Positions 28,501 through 40,500 of a stretch of DNA of 64,000 nt are shown piece after piece. The first letter of the stretch is position 1. Every line of letters begins with the position of its first letter. Position numbers and translations under genes: made by a program. The notes under the pieces were generated by a model. The model was not told the DNA's origin and made no database searches. It saw only the letters and a program-made list of their open reading frames with translations. Location: assembly GCF_036365525.1 (NCBI RefSeq), contig NC_090378.1:115615593-115679592 (forward strand). Direction: 5' to 3'. Source of the stretch: Heterodontus francisci. Lineage: Eukaryota.

Positions 28501-31500
28501 GCTGGCAGTATTGGAGGCAGCAGGGAGTGGACAGAATTGGAGGGAACTGGGAGCTGGCAGTATTGCAGGGAACAGGGAGCTGGCAGTATTGGAGGGAACA
28601 GGGAGCTGGCTGTATTGGAGGCAGCAGGGAGTGGACAGTATTGGAGGGAACTGGGAGCTGGCAGTATTGGAGGGAACAGGGAGCTGTCAGTCTTGGAGGC
28701 AGCAGGGATTGGGCAGTATTGCAGGGAACAGGGAGCTGGCGATATTGGAGGCAGCAGGGAGTGGGCAGTATTGGAGGGAACAGGGAGCTGGCAGTATTGG
28801 AGGGAACAGGGAGCTGGCAGTATTGGAGGGAACAGGGGGCTGGCAGTATTGGAGGGAACAGGGAGCTGGCAGTATTGGAGGTAGCTGGGAGTGGGCAGTA
28901 TTGGAGGGAATAGGGAGCTGGCAGTATTGGAGGGAACAGGGAGCTGGCAGTTTTGGAGTGAACAGAGAGCTGGCAGTATTGGAGGGAAAAGGGAGCTGGC
29001 AGTATTGGAGGGAACAGGGAGCTGGCAGTATTGGAGGTAGCAGGGATTGGCAGTATTGGAGGGAACAGGGAGCAGGCAGTATTGGAGTGAACAGGGAGCT
29101 GGCAGTATTGGAAGGTGCAGGGAGTTGGCAGTATTAGAGGGAGCAGGGAGTTGGCAGTATTGGAGGGAACAGGCAGCTGGCAGTATTGGAGGGAACTGGG
29201 AGCAGGCAGTATTGGAAGGTGCAGGGAGTTGGCAGTATTGGAGGCAGCAGGGAGTGGGCAGTATTGGAGGGAACAGGCAGCTGGCAGTATTGGAGGGAAC
29301 TGGGAGCAGGCAGTATTGGAAGGTGCAGGGAGTTGGCAGTATTAGAGGGAGCAGGGCGTTGGCAGTATTGGAGGGAACACGGAGCTGGCTGTATTGGAGG
29401 GAACAGGGAGTGGGCAGTATTGGAGGGAACAGGGAGTTGGCAGTATTGGAGGGAACAGGGAGCTGGCAGTATTGGAGGCAGCAGTGAGCTGGCAGAATTA
29501 GAGGGAGCAGGGAGTGGGCAGTATTGGAGGGAAAAGGGAGTTGGCAGTATTGGAATGAACAGGGAGCTGGCAGTATTGGAGGCAGCAGTGAGCTGGCAGA
29601 ATTAGAGGGAGCAGGGAGTGGGCAGTATTGGAGGGAAAAGGGAGTTGGCAGTGTTGGAATGAACAGGGAGCTGGCAGTATTGGAAGCAGCAGGGAGCTGG
29701 CAGTATTGGAGGGAACAGGGAGTTGGCAGTATTGGGATGAACTGGGAGCTGGCAGTATTAGAGGGAGCAGGGAGTGGGCAGTATTGGAGGGAACAGAGAG
29801 CTGGCAGTATTGGAGGGAACAGGGAGCTGGCATTATTGGAGGGAACAGGAGGCTGGCAGTATTGGAAGAAATAGGGAGCTGGCAGTATTGGAGGCAGCAG
29901 TGAGTGGGCATTATTGGAAGGAACTGGGAGCTGGCAGTATTGGAGGGAACAGGGAGCTGGCAGTATTGGAGGGAACAGGGAGCTGGCTGTATTGGAGGCA
30001 GCAGGGAGTGGACAGTATTGGAGGCACCTGGGAGCTGGCAGTATTGGAGGGAACAGGGAGTTGTCAGTATTGGAGGAAGCAGGGAGTGGACATTATTGGA
30101 GGGAACTGGGAGCTGGCAGTATTGGAGGGAACAGGGAGCTGGCTGTATTGGAGGCAGCAGGGAGTGGACAGTATTGGAGGGAACTGGGAGCTGGCAGTAT
30201 TGGAGGGAACAGGGAGCTGTCAGTATTGGAGGCAGCAGGGATTGGCAGTATTGGAGGGAACAGGGAGCTGGCGATATTGGAGGCAGCAGGGAGTGGGCAG
30301 TATTGGAGGGAACAGGGAGCTGGCAGTATTGGAGGGAACAGGGAGCTGGCAGTATTGGAGGGAACAAGGGGCTGGCAGTATTGGAGGGAACAGGGAGCTG
30401 GCAGTATTGGAGGTAGCTGGGAGTGGGCAGTATTGGAGGGAATAGGGAGCTGGCAGTATTGGAGGGAACAGGGAGCTGGCAGTTTTGGAGTGAACAGAGA
30501 GCTGGCAGTATTGGAGGGAAAAGGGAGCTGGCCGTATTGGAGGGAACAGGGAGCTGGCAGTATTGGAGGTAGCAGGGATTGGCAGTATTGGAGGGAACAG
30601 GCAGCTGGCAGTATTGGAATGAACAGGGAGCTGGCAGTATTGGAAGGTGCAGGGAGTTGGCAGTATTAGAGGGAGCAGGGAGTTGGCAGTATTGGAGGGA
30701 ACTGGGAGCAGGCAGTATTGGAAGGTGCAGGGAGTTGGCAGTATTAGAGGGAGCAGGGCGTTGGCAGTATTGGAGGGAACACGGAGCTGGCAGTATTGGA
30801 GGGAACAGGGAGTGGGCAGTATTGGAGGGAACAGGGAGTTGGCAGTATTGGAGGGAACAGGGAGCTGGCAGTATTGGAGGCAGCAGTGAGCTGGCAGAAT
30901 TAGAGGGAGCAGGGAGTGGGCAGTATTGGAGGGAAAAGGGAGTTGGCAGTATTGGAATGAACAGGGAGCTGGCAGTATTGGAGGCAGCAGTGAGCTGGCA
31001 GAATTAGAGGGAGCAGGGAGTGGGCAGTATTGGAGGGAAAAGGGAGTTGGCAGTGTTGGAATGAACAGGGAGCTGGCAGTATTGGAAGCAGCAGGGAGCT
31101 GGCAGTATTGGAGGGAACAGGGAGTTGGCAGTATTGGGATGAACTGGGAGCTGGCAGTATTAGAGGGAGCAGGGAGTGGGCAGTATTGGAGGGAACAGAG
31201 AGCTGGCAGTATTGGAGGGAACAGGGAGCTGGCAGTATTGGAGGGAACAGGGAGCTGGCTGTATTGGAGGCAGCAGGGAGTGGACAGTATTGGAGGCACC
31301 TGGGAGCTGGCAGTATTGGAGGGAACAGGGAGTTGTCAGTATTGGAGGAAGCAGGGAGTGGACATTATTGGAGGGAACTGGGAGCTGGCAGTATTGGAGG
31401 GAACAGGGAGCTGGCTGTATTGGAGGCAGCAGGGAGTGGACAGTATTGGAGGGAACTGGGAGCTGGCAGTATTGGAGGGAACATGGAGCTGTCAGTATTG

Positions 31501-34500
31501 GAGGCAGCAGGGATTGGCAGTATTGGAGGGAACAGGGAGCTGGCGATATTGGAGGCAGCAGGGAGTGGGCAGTATTGGAGGGAACTGGGAGCTAGCAGTA
31601 TTGGAGGGAACAGGGAGCTGGCAGTATTGGAGGCAGCAGGGAGTGGACATTATTGGAGGGAACAGGGGGCTGGCAGTATTGGAGGCAGCAGGGAGTTGGC
31701 ATTATTGGAGGGAACAGGGGTTGGCAGTATTGGAGGCAGCAGGGAGTGGGCATTATTGGAGGGAAAGGGGGCTGGCAGTATTGGAAGAAATAGGGGGCTG
31801 GCAGTATTGGAGGCAGCAGGGAGTGGGCATTATTGGAGGGAACAGGGAGCTGGCAGTATTGGAGGCAGCTGGGAGTGGACAGTATTGGAGGGAACTGGGA
31901 GCTGGCAGTATTGGAGGGAACAGGGAGCTGGCAGTATTGGAGGGAACAGGGAGCTGGCAGTATTGGAGGCAGCAGGGAGTGGACAGTATTGGAGGGAACT
32001 GGGAGCTGGCAGTATTGGAGGGAACAGGGAGCTGGCAGTATTGGAGGGAACAGGGAGCTGGCTGTATTGGAGGCAGCAGGGAGCTGGCAGTATTGGAGGG
32101 AACAGGGAGCTGTCAGTCTTGGAGGCAGCAGGGATTGGGAGTATTGGAGGGAACAGGGAGCTGGCAGTATTGGAGGGAACAGGGGGCTGGCAGTATTGGA
32201 GGGAACAGGGAGCTGGCAGTATTGGAGGTAGCTGGGAGTGGGCAGTATTGGAGGGAATAGGGAGCTGGCAGTATTGGAGGGAACAGGGAGCTGGCGGTAT
32301 TGGAGGGAACAGGGAACTGGCAGTATTGGAGGTAGCTGGGAGTGGACAGAATTGGAGGGAACAGGGAGCTGGCAGTCTTGGAGGCAGCAGGGAGTGGACA
32401 GAATTGGAGGGAACTGGGAGCTGGCAGTATTGCAGGGAACAGGGAGCTGGCAGTATTGGAGGGAACAGGGAGCTGGCTGTATTGGAGGTAGCTGGGAGTG
32501 GACAGTATTGGAGGGAACTGGGAGCTGGCAGTATTGGAGGGAACAGGGAGCTGGCGGTATTGGAGTGAACAGGGAGCTGGCAGTATTGGAGGGAAAAAGG
32601 AGCTGGGATTATTGGAGGGAACAGAGAGCTGGCAGTATTGGAGGTAGCTGGGAGTGGGCAGTATTGGAGGCAGCACGGATTGGCAGTATTGGAGGGAACT
32701 GGGAGCAGGCAGTATTGGAAGGTGCAGGGAGGTGGCAGTATTGGAGGCAGCAGGGAGTGGGCAGTATTGGAGGGAACAGGCAGCTGGCAGTATTGCAGGG
32801 AACTGGGGGCTGGCAGTATTGGAGGGAACAGGGAGCTGGCAGTATTGGAGGGAGCTGGGAGTGGGCAGTATTTGTGGGAACAGGGAACTGGAATTATTGG
32901 AGGAAACAGGGAGCTGGCAGTATTGGAGGGAACAGGGAGCTGGGAGTATAGGAGGGAACAGGGAGCTGGCTGCATTGGAGGCAGCAGGGATTGGCAGTAT
33001 TGGAATGAACAGGGAGCTGGCAGTATTGGAGGCAGCAGTGAGCTGGCAGAATTAGAGGGAGCAGGGAGTGGGCAGTATTGGAGGGAAAAGGGAGTTGGCA
33101 GTGTTGGAATGAACAGGGAGCTGGCAGTATTGGAAGCAGCAGGGAGCTGGCAGTATTGGAGGGAACAGGGAGTTGGCAGTATTGGGATGAACTGGGAGCT
33201 GGCAGTATTAGAGGGAGCAGGGAGTGGGCAGTATTGGAGGGAACAGAGAGCTGGCAGTATTGGAGGGAACAGGGAGCTGGCAGTATTGGAGGGAACAGGG
33301 AGCTGGCTGTATTGGAGGCAGCAGGGAGTGGACAGTATTGGAGGCACCTGGGAGCTGGCAGTATTGGAGGGAACAGGGAGTTGTCAGTATTGGAGGAAGC
33401 AGGGAGTGGACATTATTGGAGGGAACTGGGAGCTGGCAGTATTGGAGGGAACAGGGAGCTGGCTGTATTGGAGGCAGCAGGGAGTGGACAGTATTGGAGG
33501 GAACTGGGAGCTGGCAGTATTGGAGGGAACAGGGAGCTGTCAGTATTGGAGGCAGCAGGGATTGGCAGTATTGGAGGGAACAGGGAGCTGGCGATATTGG
33601 AGGCAGCAGGGAGTGGGCAGTATTGGAGGGAACTGGGAGCTAGCAGTATTGGAGGGAACAGGGAGCTGGCAGTATTGGAGGCAGCAGGGAGTGGACATTA
33701 TTGGAGGGAACAGGGGGCTGGCAGTATTGGAGGCAGCAGGGAGTTGGCATTATTGGAGGGAACAGGGGTTGGCAGTATTGGAGGCAGCAGGGAGTGGGCA
33801 TTATTGGAGGGAAAGGGGGCTGGCAGTATTGGAAGAAATAGGGGGCTGGCAGTATTGGAGGCAGCAGGGAGTGGGCATTATTGGAGGGAACAGGGAGCTG
33901 GCAGTATTGGAGGCAGCTGGGAGTGGACAGTATTGGAGGGAACTGGGAGCTGGCAGTATTGGAGGGAACAGGGAGCTGGCAGTATTGGAGGGAACAGGGA
34001 GCTGGCAGTATTGGAGGCAGCAGGGAGTGGACAGTATTGGAGGGAACTGGGAGCTGGCAGTATTGGAGGGAACAGGGAGCTGGCAGTATTGGAGGGAACA
34101 GGGAGCTGGCTGTATTGGAGGCAGCAGGGAGCTGGCAGTATTGGAGGGAACTGGGAGCTGGCAGTATTGGAGGGAACAGGGAGCTGTCAGTCTTGGAGGC
34201 AGCAGGGATTGGGAGTATTGGAGGGAACAGGGAGCTGGCAGTATTGGAGGGAACAGGGGGCTGGCAGTATTGGAGGGAACAGGGAGCTGGCAGTATTGGA
34301 GGTAGCTGGGAGTGGGCAGTATTGGAGGGAATAGGGAGCTGGCAGTATTGGAGGGAACAGGGAGCTGGCGGTATTGGAGGGAACAGGGAACTGGCAGTAT
34401 TGGAGGTAGCTGGGAGTGGACAGAATTGGAGGGAACAGGGAGCTGGCAGTCTTGGAGGCAGCAGGGAGTGGACAGAATTGGAGGGAACTGGGAGCTGGCA

Positions 34501-37500
34501 GTATTGCAGGGAACAGGGAGCTGGCAGTATTGGAGGGAACAGGGAGCTGGCTGTATTGGAGGTAGCTGGGAGTGGACAGTATTGGAGGGAACTGGGAGCT
34601 GGCAGTATTGGAGGGAACAGGGAGCTGGCGGTATTGGAGTGAACAGGGAGCTGGCAGTATTGGAGGGAAAAAGGAGCTGGGATTATTGGAGGGAACAGAG
34701 AGCTGGCAGTATTGGAGGTAGCTGGGAGTGGGCAGTATTGGAGGCAGCACGGATTGGCAGTATTGGAGGGAACTGGGAGCAGGCAGTATTGGAAGGTGCA
34801 GGGAGGTGGCAGTATTGGAGGCAGCAGGGAGTGGGCAGTATTGGAGGGAACAGGCAGCTGGCAGTATTGCAGGGAACTGGGGGCTGGCAGTATTGGAGGG
34901 AACAGGGAGCTGGCAGTATTGGAGGGAGCTGGGAGTGGGCAGTATTTGTGGGAACAGGGAACTGGAATTATTGGAGGAAACAGGGAGCTGGCAGTATTGG
35001 AGGGAACAGGGAGCTGGGAGTATAGGAGGGAACAGGGAGCTGGCTGCATTGGAGGCAGCAGGGATTGGCAGTATTGGAGGGAACAGGGAGCTGGCAGTAT
35101 TGGAGGGAACAGGGAGCTGGCTGTATTGGAGGCAGCAGGGAGTGGTCAGTATTGGAGGGAACTGGGAGCTGGCAGTATTGGAGGGAGCTGGGAGTGGGCA
35201 GTATTTGTGGGAACAGGGAACTGGAATTATTGGAGGAAACAGGGAGCTGGCAGTATTGGAGGGAACAGGGAGCTGGGAGTATAGGAGGGAACAGGGAGCT
35301 GGCTGCATTGGAGGCAGCAGGGATTGGCAGTATTGGAGGGAACAGGGAGCTGGCAGTATTGGAGGGAACAGGGAGCTGGCTGTATTGGAGGCAGCAGGGA
35401 GTGGTCAGTATTGGAGGGAACTGGGAGCTGGCAGTATTGGAGGGAACAGGGAGCTGTCAGTATTGGAGGCAGCAGGGAGTGGACAGTATTGGAGGGAACT
35501 GGGAGCTGGCAGTATTGGAGGGAACAGGGAGCTGGCTGCATTGGAGGCAGCAGGGAGTGGACAGTATTGGAGGGAACTGGGAGCTGGCAGTATTGGAGGG
35601 AACAGGGAGCTGTCAGTCTTGGAGGCAGCAGGGATTGGGAGTATTGGAGGGAACAGGGAGCTGGCAGTATTGGAGGCAGCAGGGATTGGCAGTATTGGAG
35701 GGAACAGGGAGCTGGCAGTATTGGAGGGAACAGGGAGCTGGCAGTATTGGAGGGAACAGGGAGCTGGCTGTATTGGAGGCAGCAGGGAGTGGACAGTATT
35801 GGAGGGAACTGGGAGCTGGCAGTATTGGAGGGAACAGGGAGCTGTCAGTCTTGGAGGCAGCAGGGATTGGGAGTATTGGAGGGAACAGGGAGCTGGCAGT
35901 ATTGGAGGGAACAGGGAGCTGTCAGTATTGGAGGCAGCAGGGATTGGCAGTATTGGAGGGAACAGGGAGCTGGCAGTATTGGAGGGAACAGGGAGCTGGC
36001 AGTATTGGAGGGAACAGGGAGTTGGCTGTATTGGAGGGAACAGGGAGTTGGCAGTATTGGAGGGAACAGGGAGCTGTCAGTATTGGAGGCAGCAGGGATT
36101 GGCAGTATTGGAGGGAACAGGGAGCTGGCAGTATTGGAGGGAACAGGGAGCTGGCAGTATTGGAGGGAACATGGAGCTGGCTGTATTGGAGGCAGCAGGG
36201 AGTGGACAGTATTGGAGGGAACTGGGAGCTGGCAGTATTGGAGGGAACAGGGAGCTGTCAGTCTTGGAGGCAGCAGGGATTGGGAGTATTGGAGGGAACA
36301 GGGAGCTGGCAGTATTGGAGGGAACAGGGGGCTGGCAGTATTGGAGGGAACAGGGAGCTGGCAGTATTGGAGGTAGCTGGGAGTGGGCAGTATTGGAGGG
36401 AACAGGGAGCTGGCGGTATTGGAGGGAACAGGGAACTGGCAGTATTGGAGGTAGCTGGGAGTGGGCAGTATTGGAGGGAACAGGGAGCTGGCAGTATTGG
36501 AGGGAACAGGGAGCTGGCAGTATTGGAGGGAACAGGGAGTTGGCTGTATTGGAGGGAACAGGGAGTTGGCAGTATTGGAGGGAACAGGGAGCTGTCAGTA
36601 TTGGAGGCAGCAGGGATTGGCAGTATTGGAGGGAACAGGGAGCTGGCAGTATTGGAGGCAGCAGGGAGTGGACAGAATTGGAGGGAACTGGGAGCTGGCA
36701 GTATTGGAGGGAACAGGGAGCTGGCTGTATTGGAGGCAGCAGGGAGTGGACAGTATTGCAGGGAACAGGGAGCTGGCAGTATTGGAGGGAACAGGGAGCT
36801 GGCTGTATTGGAGGCAGCAGGGAGTGGACAGAATTGGAGGGAAAAGGGAGCTGGCAGTATTGGAGGGAACAGGGAGCTGGCAGTATTGGAGGTAGCTGGG
36901 AGTGGGCAGTATTGGAGGGAACAGGGAGCTGGCATTATTGGAGGCAGCACGGATTGGCAGTATTGGAGGGAACTGGGAGCAGGCAGTATTGGAAGGTGCA
37001 GGGAGTTGGCAGTATTGGAGGCAGCAGGGAGTGGGCAGTATTGGAGGGAACAGGCAGCTGGCAGTATTGGAGGGAACTGGGAGCAGGCAGTATTGGAAGG
37101 TGCAGGGAGTTGGCAGTATTAGAGGGAGCAGGGAGTTGGCAGTATTGGAGGGAACACGGAGCTGGCTGTATTGGAGGGAACAGGGAGTGGGCAGTATTGG
37201 AGGGAACAGGGAGTTGGCTGTATTGGACGGAACAGGGATCTGGCAGTATTGGAGGCAGCAGTGAGCTGGCAGACTTAGAGGGAGCAGGGAGTGGGCAGTA
37301 TTGGAGGGCAAAGGGAGTTGGCAGTATTGGAATGAACAGGGAGCTGGCAGTATTGGAAGCAGCAGGGAGTGGGCAGTATTGGAATGAACAGGGATCTGGC
37401 AGTATTGGAGGGAGCAGGGAGTGGACAGTATTGGAGGGAACAGGGGGCTGGCAGTATTGGAAGAAATAGGGAGCTGGCAGTATTGGAGGCAGCAGTGAGT

Positions 37501-40500
37501 GGGCATTATTGGAGGGAACTGGGAGCTGGCAGTATTGGAGGGAACAGGGAGCTGGCAGTATTGGAGGTAGCAGGGAGTTGGCAGTATTGGAGGGAACAGG
37601 GAGCTGGCAGTATTGGAGTGAACAGGGAGCTGGCAGTATTGGAAGGTGCAGGGAGTTGGCAGTATTAGAGGGAGCAGGGAGTTGGCAGTATTGGAGGGAA
37701 CAGGCAGCTGGCAGTATTGGAGGGAACTGGGAGCAGGCAGTATTGGAAGGTGCAGGGAGTTGGCAGTATTGGAGGCAGCAGGGAGTGGGCAGTATTGGAG
37801 GGAACAGGCAGCTGGCAGTATTGGAGGGAACTGGGAGCAGGCAGTATTGGAAGGTGCAGGGAGTTGGCTGTATTAGAGGGAGCAGGGCGTTGGCAGTATT
37901 GGAGGGAACACGGAGCTGGCAGTATTGGAGGGAACAGGGAGTGGGCAGTATTGGAGGGAACAGGGAGTTGGCAGTATTGGAGGGAACAGGGAGCTGGCAG
38001 TATTGGAGGCAGCAGTGAGCTGGCAGAATTAGAGGGAGCAGGGAGTGGGCAGTATTGGAGGGAAAAGGGAGTTGGCAGTATTGGAATGAACAGGGAGCTG
38101 GCAGTATTGGAGGCAGCAGTGAGCTGGCAGAATTAGAGGGAGCAGGGAGTGGGCAGTATAGGACGGAAAAGGGAGTTGGCAGTGTTGGAATGAACAGGGA
38201 GCTGGCAGTATTGGAAGCAGCAGGGAGCTGGCAGTATTGGAGGGAACAGGGAGTTGGCAGTATTGGGATGAACTGGGAGCTGGCAGTATTAGAGGGAGCA
38301 GGGAGTGGGCAGTATTGGAGGGAACAGAGAGCTGGCAGTATTGGAGGGAACAGGGAGCTGGCATTATTGGAGGGAACAGGGGGCTGGCAGTATTGGAAGA
38401 AATAGGGAGCTGGCAGTATTGGAGGCAGCAGTGAGTGGGCATTATTGGAAGGAACTGGGAGCTGGCAGTATTGGAGGGAACAGGGAGCTGGCAGTATTGG
38501 AGGGAACAGGGAGCTGGCTGTATTGGAGGCAGCAGGGAGTGGACAGTATTGGAGGCACCTGGAAGCTGGCAGTATTGGAGGGAACAGGGAGTTGTCAGTA
38601 TTGGAGGAAGCAGGGAGTGGACATTATTGGAGGGAACTGGGAGCTGGCAGTATTGGAGGGAACAGGGAGCTGGCTGTATTGGAGGCAGCAGGGAGAGGAC
38701 AGTATTGGAGGGAACTGGGAGCTGGCAGTATTGGAGGCAGCAGTGAGCTGGCAGAATTAGAGGGAGCAGGGAGTGGGCAGTATTGGAGGGAAAAGGGAGT
38801 TGGCAGTATTGGAATGAACAGGGAGCTGGCAGTATTGGAGGCAGCAGTGAGCTGGCAGAATTAGAGGGAGCAGGGAGTGGGCACTATTGGAGGGAAAAGG
38901 GAGTTGGCAGTGTTGGAATGAACAGGGAGCTGGCAGTATTGGAAGCAGCAGGGAGCTGTCAGTATTGGAGGGAACAGGGAGTTGGCAGTATTGGGATGAA
39001 CTGGGAGCTGGCAGTATTAGAGGGAGCAGGGAGTGGGCAGTATTGGAGGGAACAGAGAGCTGGCAGTATTGGAGGGAACAGGGAGCTGGCCTTATTGGAG
39101 GGAACAGGGGGCTGGCAGTATTGGAAGAAATAGGGAGCTGGCAGTATTGGAGGCAGCAGTGAGTGGGCATTATTGGAAGGAACTGGGAGCTGGCAGTATT
39201 GGAGGGAACAGGGAGCTGGCAGTATTGGAGGGAACAGGGAGCTGGCTGTATTGGAGGCAGCAGGGAGTGGACAGTATTGGAGGCACCTGGAAGCTGGCAG
39301 TATTGGAGGGAACAGGGAGTTGTCAGTATTGGAGGAAGCAGGGAGTGGACATTATTGGAGGGAACTGGGAGCTGGCAGTATTGGAGGGAACAGGGAGCTG
39401 GCTGTATTGGAGGCAGCAGGGAGAGGACAGTATTGGAGGGAACTGGGAGCTGGCAGTATTGGAGGAAACAGGGAGCTGTCAGTATTGGAGGCAGCAGGGA
39501 TTGGCAGTATTGGAGGGAACAGGGAGCTAGCAGTATTGGAGGGAACAGGGAGTGGACATTATTGGAGGGAACAGGGGGCTGGCAGTATTGGAGGCAGCAG
39601 GGAGTTGGCATTATTGGAGGGAACAGGGGGCTGGCAGTATTGGAGGCAGCAGGGAGTTGGCATTATTGGAGGGAACAGGGGTTGGCAGTATTGGAGGCAG
39701 CACGGAGTGGGCATTATTGGAGGGAACAGGGGTTGGCAGTATTGGAGGCAGCAGGGAGTGGGCATTATTTGAGGGAAAGGGGGCTGGCAGTATTGGAAGA
39801 AATAGGGGGCTGGCAGTATTGGAGGGAACAGGGAGTTGTCAGTATTGGAGGCAGCAGGGAGAGGACATTATTGGAGGGAACTGGGAGCTGGCAGTATTGG
39901 AGGGAACAGGGAGCTGTCAGTATTGGAGGCAGCAGGGATTGGCAGTATTGGAGGGAACAGGGAGCTGGCGATATTGGAGGCAGCAGGGAGTGGGCAGTAT
40001 TGGAGGGAACAGGGAGCTGGCAGTATTGGAGGGAACAGGGAGCTGGCAGTATTGGAGGCAGCAGGGAGTGGGCATTATTGGAGGGAACTGGGAGCTGGCA
40101 GTATTGGAGGTAACAGGGAGCTGTCAGTATTGGAGGCAGCAGGGATTGGCAGTATTGGAGGGAACAGGGAGCTGGCGATATTGGAGGCAGCAGGGAGTGG
40201 GCAGTATTGGAGGGAACAGGGGGCTGGCAGTATTGGAGGCAGCAGGGAGTGGGCATTATTGGAGGGAACAGGGGTTGGCAGTATTGGAGGGAACAGGGAG
40301 CTGGCAGTATTGGAGGCAGCAGGGAGTGGGCATTATTGGAGGGAACAGGGGTTGGCAGTATTGGAGGCAGAAGGGAGTGGGCATTATTGGAGGGAACAGG
40401 GGGCTGGCAGTATTGGAGGCAGCAGGGAGTGGGCATTATTGGAGGGAACAGGGGTTGGCAGTATTGGAGGCAGAAGGGAGTGGGCATTATTGGAGGGAAC

